From NCBI GenBank assembly GCA_028685945.1, contig JAQUCZ010000001.1:1-38441 (forward strand): 38,441 nt of DNA. Reading direction: 5' to 3'. Positions 33,739 through 38,441 of this stretch are shown here, one piece after another. A model generated the notes under the pieces. It worked only from the letters and a program-made list of their open reading frames with translations, ran no database searches and had not been told where the DNA came from. Each line of letters opens with the position of its first letter. Position 1 is the first letter of the stretch. Made by a program: the position numbers and the translations under genes. This DNA is from Sulfurimonadaceae bacterium. Lineage in GTDB: Bacteria > Campylobacterota > Campylobacteria > Campylobacterales > Sulfurimonadaceae.

Positions 33739-33764
33739 GTCATTCCGCACTCGATGCGGCATCT
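33739..33764. repeat. REP/dRS3/RPE-like palindromic unit
   Basis: GTCATTCCGCACTCGATGCGGCATCT resembles the GTCATTCC...GGAATC family of short palindromic repeats. Confidence 0.55.
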
Positions 33765-33794
33765 AGTTTGTGAGCCATAGCAAAACTTTCTAAC

Positions 33795-33829
33795 TCTTGG
33801 CATGTAAAAAAAAACTTTACATGCCAAGA
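33795..33829. terminator. 14-bp perfect hairpin built from two inverted CTTGGCATGT motifs just downstream of the radical SAM gene
   Basis: TCTTGGCATGTAAA-7 nt-TTTACATGCCAAGA, 4 nt past the stop at 33834; no clear U-tract, so terminator function is uncertain. Confidence 0.55.
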
Positions 33830-33833
33830 ATTG

Positions 33834-35084
33834 CTACACCAAAAACTCCAACCCCAATTTCTGCGTATAACTAAAAAGCATCTCCCTTTCAAAATCGTTG
33901 TTGGTCGCGTATTCATACCCAAAACACTCTCGCCACAAACTGTGCTCTTCCATGCAAAGATAGAAAAATACCTTGGCATGCCACGGCGCAAAACTTTCGT
34001 AGGCATGTGCGAACATCTCTTTTTTTCTCTCAAGCGGGTAAGATGTTTTGCCGCTTGCATCCGCGTGGGGCATTTGGGTTATTTTCGTGTGAAAATCGCG
34101 CGAACGCAACTGCTTGATAACGGGTTTTATAAAGGTGAGGGTGCCCAAACTAACAAGTGCCGCTTCGCTTGGATCAAACATCTCCAAAAGCGTTGCGTAC
34201 ACCTCTGCATACTCCTCAAGATAGTTTTCGTATACGACGATGGGGTGGAAATGAAACCCCACTTTCACTCCTTTGTCGGCAACTTTACGCGCGGCTCTCA
34301 GCCGTTTTTCGAGCGACGCGGTGAGGTGTTCTTCGTTTTGGATGATGGTCGGTGTGTTGAGACTCCATGTGCAGAGGATATTTTTCGGTACCTCGTTTTG
34401 GAGAAAATAGCTTACGTTGTCCGATTTGGTTTTAAACTCCAAAATTACGTTGGGGTATTTGCGTGCAAAATCAAAGAGCGCATCCAAAACCCCCTCGCGA
34501 TTGCCCCACATAAGCGAATCGGAACTCTGCCCCGTGCCGATGTGGTAGGTTTTGTTCGGGTCTAGGTCGAGGTTTAAGAGTTTTTCCTTAAATCCGCTAT
34601 CAAAGGTGATGGTGTTTTGGTTGTAAAAACTCTGAATCGAGCAGTAGGAACAGTCAAAACCGCAGCTCTCGACCGCATCGAGGGTGAGCAGGTTGCAGCA
34701 GCGCGTCTTTTCGCTTGCCACGGGGCAAAGCCCCAGCCCGAACCCCTCTTTGGGCTCTGTTTTAAAGGTGTATTTCTGCTCTTTGGCAACGATTTTTGGG
34801 GTAAACGTTTTGTAAGAGTTTGGCATGTTGCGCAGATTTTCGTACGCTTCGCGCAGACGTTTTAAAACAACCCTTTTGTCGGCATGTTCCGCAAAATAAT
34901 CGCAGATGCTCCCCTCTTGCCACAGCGTAATATCGCGCGCCATATCGACGAGCTGTTTTATCTCTTGATGGGAAAACCTGTATTCGCAAGCCTTGGCATG
35001 TAAGAACGATTGTTCCTCTTGCGTGAGTTTGGTAAAAAACGTATTTTGGATCGATCGGTTGAATTTTTCTTCGTAAGTTTGCAT
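33834..35084 (-). CDS. Radical SAM protein, spore photoproduct lyase-like
   Basis: CGFDCSYC (CxxxCxxC), IGTGQSSDSL, LEFKTKS, WSLN, GFHFHP, YLCME. Confidence 0.85.
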   Translation of the reverse strand: MQTYEEKFNRSIQNTFFTKLTQEEQSFLHAKACEYRFSHQEIKQLVDMARDITLWQEGSICDYFAEHADKRVVLKRLREAYENLRNMPNSYKTFTPKIVAKEQKYTFKTEPKEGFGLGLCPVASEKTRCCNLLTLDAVESCGFDCSYCSIQSFYNQNTITFDSGFKEKLLNLDLDPNKTYHIGTGQSSDSLMWGNREGVLDALFDFARKYPNVILEFKTKSDNVSYFLQNEVPKNILCTWSLNTPTIIQNEEHLTASLEKRLRAARKVADKGVKVGFHFHPIVVYENYLEEYAEVYATLLEMFDPSEAALVSLGTLTFIKPVIKQLRSRDFHTKITQMPHADASGKTSYPLERKKEMFAHAYESFAPWHAKVFFYLCMEEHSLWRECFGYEYATNNDFEREMLFSYTQKLGLEFLV

Positions 35085-35090
35085 GGCGCT

Positions 35091-35098
35091 ATTTTAGC
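35091..35098 (-). promoter_or_regulatory. -10 box of a probable leaderless transcript
   Basis: gcTAAAAT ends 6 nt before ATG 35084; no SD. Confidence 0.55.
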
Positions 35099-35245
35099 GA
35101 ATCGGGAAGTTTTTTAGAAGGAGCGACGGGCAAAACGGCGTACAAAAAAGGCAGATCAACGTAAGAGAGATATTGCAATATGCCATATTTTAGAACTCTG
35201 TCCTAAAAAATATGTACAATTTTAAAAATAATCGAGGTAGATGCC

Positions 35246-35590
35246 ATGACTTTAGGAAAATGCCCCTACTGTGAAGACGGGGCTATCGAAGTGCGCGACA
35301 AAGAGGTGCGGGGGAAGAAAGTAAAATTGTATGCTTGCTCAAACGCGCACTGGAAAACCGAAGACGGAGAATTTTTCGAATTGCACCAAGATGCGACATG
35401 CTCGTTTCGTATTTGGCAGAACGCTTTAGGCAGGTACGGCAAGTGGCTCTCCTATAAAGAGGTACGAGAACTTTTGGAAAACGGAGAGCTTGAAGCGGAA
35501 CTCGTGAGCAAAAAATACGGCAAAAAAATCGCTTATACGAAGTGGGTCGTGCTCGATGCGGAGTACGGTGTGCGCGTTGTTTGGGAATAA
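35246..35590 (+). CDS. Stand-alone topoisomerase C-terminal Zn-finger/repeat-like protein
   Basis: LGKCPYC, LYACSN, CSFRIW, EVRELLENG, SKKYGK resemble the type IA topoisomerase C-terminal repeat; SD GAGGT; TACAAT upstream. Confidence 0.7.
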   Translation: MTLGKCPYCEDGAIEVRDKEVRGKKVKLYACSNAHWKTEDGEFFELHQDATCSFRIWQNALGRYGKWLSYKEVRELLENGELEAELVSKKYGKKIAYTKWVVLDAEYGVRVVWE

Positions 35591-35667
35591 TGTGAAAAAA
35601 AAAGCTTAAAACGGAATAAAAAAAGAGAAATTCTATTTATTTAATAAATCTTTTACATTTGTTTGTG

Positions 35668-35875
35668 TATAATCCACATCCGCTTTGCTGTTTTAACATA
35701 AAAGTTGAGTATTTTTATCTACATATTCCTATCTAGTTAAAAGTATTGGCAAGGTTTTGGAATCTGCCTAAATGCAGCAAAGAATGGAGTGGGTCGCGCA
35801 CTTATGCGGGGCTTTCGTGACTGAGTAAAGTCCGTTTTTTCGGATTTTACAAGATTATTTAATAGGAGACTTTCT
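35668..35875 (+). promoter_or_regulatory. Promoter (TATAAT 35668-73) and ~195-nt structured 5' leader of the rpmJ-rpsM-rpsK-rpsD-rpoA operon
   Basis: Nested stems CTTTGCTG/CAGCAAAG, TTTTAAC/GTTAAAA, GGCA/TGCC, GTCGCG/CGTGAC, GTAAAGTCCG/CGGATTTTAC; SD AGGAG. Confidence 0.6.
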
Positions 35876-35989
35876 ATGAAAGTACGTGCTTCGGTTAAGA
35901 AGATGTGTGACGACTGTAAAGTTGTCAAAAGAAAAGGCATTGTTAGAGTAATCTGCAAAGTTAAAAAACATAAACAGAGACAAGGATAA
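35876..35989 (+). CDS. rpmJ: 50S ribosomal protein L36 (C+ type; missed by the ORF track)
   Basis: [37 protein letters not shown], 37 aa. Confidence 0.97.
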   Translation: MKVRASVKKMCDDCKVVKRKGIVRVICKVKKHKQRQG

Positions 35990-35991
35990 TC

Positions 35992-36354
35992 ATGGCTCGT
36001 ATTTCTGGTGTTGATTTACCGAAAAAAAAGAGAATAGAGTATGGTCTAACATACATCTATGGGATTGGTCTTTATGCATCTCGTCAAATTCTTGATGCTA
36101 CTGGTATTGACTATAACAAAAGAGTTTACGAACTTTCTCAAGACGATATCGCGGCTATCACAAACGAAATCCGTGAAAAATATGTTGTAGAGGGAGACCT
36201 TCGTAAACAAGTTGCTATGGATATCAAGGCACTTATGGATTTAGGTTCATACCGTGGTTTACGTCACCGCCGTGGTCTTCCGTGCCGTGGTCAAAAAACT
36301 AAGACAAATGCGCGTACTCGTAAAGGGAAACGCAAAACTGTCGGCGCAGCGTAA
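35992..36354 (+). CDS. rpsM: 30S ribosomal protein S13
   Basis: [42 protein letters not shown]. Confidence 0.98.
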   Translation: MARISGVDLPKKKRIEYGLTYIYGIGLYASRQILDATGIDYNKRVYELSQDDIAAITNEIREKYVVEGDLRKQVAMDIKALMDLGSYRGLRHRRGLPCRGQKTKTNARTRKGKRKTVGAA

Positions 36355-36364
36355 GGAATAAGAG

Positions 36365-36757
36365 ATGGCAAAAAGAAAAGCTGTTAGAAAAAAAGTAATT
36401 AAGAAAAATATATCTCGCGGTATCATCCATATCTCTGCATCGTTCAACAACACGATCGTAACGATCACGGACGAAATGGGAAATATGGTAGCGTGGAGTT
36501 CTGCAGGAAGCCTTGGTTTTAAAGGTTCTAAAAAATCTACTCCGTTTGCAGCGCAAGCAGCAGTAGAAGCAGCGGTAGAAAAAGCTCAAGTACACGGTAT
36601 TAAAGAGCTAGGTATTAAAGTTCAAGGTCCGGGTTCCGGACGTGAAACAGCAGTGAAGTCTGTTGGTGCGATCGAAGGTATCCGCGTAACATTCATGAAA
36701 GATGTTACTCCGTTACCACACAACGGTTGTCGTCCACCAAAACGTCGTAGAGTTTAA
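36365..36757 (+). CDS. rpsK: 30S ribosomal protein S11
   Basis: [42 protein letters not shown]. Confidence 0.98.
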   Translation: MAKRKAVRKKVIKKNISRGIIHISASFNNTIVTITDEMGNMVAWSSAGSLGFKGSKKSTPFAAQAAVEAAVEKAQVHGIKELGIKVQGPGSGRETAVKSVGAIEGIRVTFMKDVTPLPHNGCRPPKRRRV

Positions 36758-36768
36758 GGAGATTACTG

Positions 36769-37395
36769 ATGGCAAGATATAGAGGTCCAGTAGAAAAAAT
36801 CGAAAGAAGATTTGGTGTTAGTCTTAACCTAAAAGGTGAGCGCCGTTTAGCAGGAAAATCTGCATTAGATAAGCGTCCTTATGCTCCGGGTCAGCATGGT
36901 CAACGCCGTAAAAAAGCGTCTGAGTACGGTTTACAACTTAACGAAAAACAAAAAGCGAAATTTATGTACGGTATTTCCGAAAAACAATTCCGCGCTATCT
37001 TCGTTGAGGCAAAAAGAAGAGAGGGGAATACGGGTACAAACCTTATTACTCTTATCGAGCAAAGACTTGATAACGTCGTATACCGCATGGGGTTTGCAAC
37101 GACTCGTCGTTTTGCACGCCAATTGGTAACACACGGTCACTTACTTGTAGACGGTAAAAAAGTCGATATCCCGTCTTACCGCGTTAAACCGGGTCAAAAA
37201 GTAGAGATTCGTGAAAGCAGCAAAAACAACCCGCAAGTTGTACGTGCTCTTGAACTTACAAACCAAACCGGTATCGCTCCGTGGGTAGATATCGATGCTG
37301 CAAAAGTATTCGGTATTTTCACTCGTTTACCGGAACGTGAAGAGGTTGTTATTCCTGTAGAAGAGCGTTTAATCGTTGAGCTTTACTCGAAATAA
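36769..37395 (+). CDS. rpsD: 30S ribosomal protein S4
   Basis: [35 protein letters not shown]. Confidence 0.98.
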   Translation: MARYRGPVEKIERRFGVSLNLKGERRLAGKSALDKRPYAPGQHGQRRKKASEYGLQLNEKQKAKFMYGISEKQFRAIFVEAKRREGNTGTNLITLIEQRLDNVVYRMGFATTRRFARQLVTHGHLLVDGKKVDIPSYRVKPGQKVEIRESSKNNPQVVRALELTNQTGIAPWVDIDAAKVFGIFTRLPEREEVVIPVEERLIVELYSK

Positions 37396-37420
37396 TAATT
37401 AAAAACAAAGGCGTTTGAGA

Positions 37421-38419
37421 ATGAAAAAGATTAAAACTACTCCACTTGCTCCTCAAGAATTTGAGGTAGAACAGATTAGTGAGACTGAAGCTAATATTAT
37501 TGCATTCCCGTTCGAGACGGGGTATGCGATCTCTTTAGCTCACCCACTTCGCCGTTTTTTATTAAGTAGCTCTGTCGGCTTTGCTCCGATTGCTATTAAA
37601 ATCGAGGGTGCAAAACACGAGTTTGACTCGGTTCGCGGTATGCTTGAAGATATTTCAGATTTTATTTTAAATCTTAAAGAAGTACGTTTCAAGCTTAAAA
37701 ACGATGCAACCGAAGCAACCGTGAACTACAGCTTTGCAGGTCCTTGTGAAGTTAAAGGTGCCGACTTAAGCAACGATGAAGTAGAGGTTGCTACTTCTAC
37801 TGCGCATCTTGCTACGTTAAACGAAGATGCGACGCTAAACTTTTCTATCAAAATTGCAAAAGGGATCGGGTTCGTTCCAAGCGAAGACGTCGCAGGGGAA
37901 CTTGAAGAGGGATACATCGCACTCGATGCATTCTTCACGCCTGTAAGAAGTGCAACGTATAAAATAGAAAATGTTTTGGTTGAGGATAACCCTAACTTTG
38001 AAAGAGTCGTATTTACGATTAAAACAGACGGTCAGATCTCTCCGATCGATGCGTTTAGAAACTCTTTGGAAGTTATGTATGCTCAATTGGCTGTATTTAA
38101 CAGCGAAATCAGCATCAAAGCACCTACGACGGTTGAACGTGCGGAGGAAAATCCTGATCTGAAAAAGTTAACGGCTCATATTGATAGTTTAGGATTAAGT
38201 GCGCGTAGTTTTAACTGCCTTGACCGCTCAAACATTAAACTGATCGGTGAGATTGCATTAATGAGTCACAACGACTTAAAAAATGTTAAAAACCTTGGTA
38301 AAAAATCGTATGACGAGATCGTCGACAAATTGCAAGAGTATGGTTTTGCAGTAGGTTCCGATCTTGCAGACGACGTAGTAGCCGCATTAAAAAAGAAAAT
38401 CGAAGCTAAAGAAGCTTAA
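37421..38419 (+). CDS. rpoA: RNA polymerase alpha subunit
   Basis: [48 protein letters not shown]; ATG 37421 preferred over TTG 37415. Confidence 0.97.
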   Translation: MKKIKTTPLAPQEFEVEQISETEANIIAFPFETGYAISLAHPLRRFLLSSSVGFAPIAIKIEGAKHEFDSVRGMLEDISDFILNLKEVRFKLKNDATEATVNYSFAGPCEVKGADLSNDEVEVATSTAHLATLNEDATLNFSIKIAKGIGFVPSEDVAGELEEGYIALDAFFTPVRSATYKIENVLVEDNPNFERVVFTIKTDGQISPIDAFRNSLEVMYAQLAVFNSEISIKAPTTVERAEENPDLKKLTAHIDSLGLSARSFNCLDRSNIKLIGEIALMSHNDLKNVKNLGKKSYDEIVDKLQEYGFAVGSDLADDVVAALKKKIEAKEA

Positions 38420-38434
38420 TATAAGGGATAGCAG

Positions 38435-38441
38435 ATGAGAC
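38435..38441 (+). CDS. rplQ: Start of 50S ribosomal protein L17 (truncated by window end)
   Basis: ATG AGA C after SD AAGGG, directly downstream of rpoA; L17 typically begins MRH. Confidence 0.7.

Noticed and set aside
33553-33829. CRISPR array or tRNA in the hairpin-rich gap
   Set aside because: The hairpins differ from one another, there is no repeat-spacer periodicity, no cloverleaf or T-loop motif, and no cas genes
33831-34565. 244-aa plus-strand ORF
   Set aside because: Antisense to the radical SAM gene, which has clear family motifs
25558-35875. Genomic island or prophage between infA and rpmJ
   Set aside because: No integrase, transposase, phage genes or flanking direct repeats seen; contains housekeeping genes and the host motif at high density

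Overview
Bacterial chromosome window whose gene content, proteins and gnTAnAAT-type promoters point to Campylobacterota (Sulfurimonas-like; inference). From left to right: the 3' part of a Pel exopolysaccharide locus (pelF-pelG-pelA, then PelB apparently split into two genes, the second starting with a SPOR-like domain); a convergent galE with a Cys gatekeeper; a minus-strand operon of a CZB chemoreceptor, a single-domain response regulator, a REC-PAS hybrid kinase and rnhB; an AAA ATPase; the S10-spc ribosomal operons through secY-map-infA; a ~10 kb block of mixed genes; and rpmJ-rpsM-rpsK-rpsD-rpoA-(rplQ start) with its own promoter and a long structured leader. The 10 kb block holds a Cys-less rhodanese, chorismate mutase, an MCE/Mla-like operon with a degenerate ATPase, CvfB, pyk, a Cys-rich small protein, an SPL-like radical SAM enzyme and a topoisomerase Zn-finger-like protein. 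The strongest unexplained signal is a dispersed non-palindromic motif, (C/T)TTGGCATG(T). I count 25 exact TTGGCATG/CATGCCAA copies by hand, against about 1 expected. They occur in both orientations and all six reading frames, at about 1 per kb outside the ribosomal operons and never inside them, and one inverted pair forms a hairpin just after a stop codon. This is the pattern of DNA uptake sequences in Neisseriaceae and Pasteurellaceae. Other candidates are a plus-strand sRNA with an anti-SD, an unannotated 41-aa ORF, a possible ATT start codon, a leaderless DNA-repair gene and a hairpin-rich MITE-like cassette. All counts and alignments are by eye.
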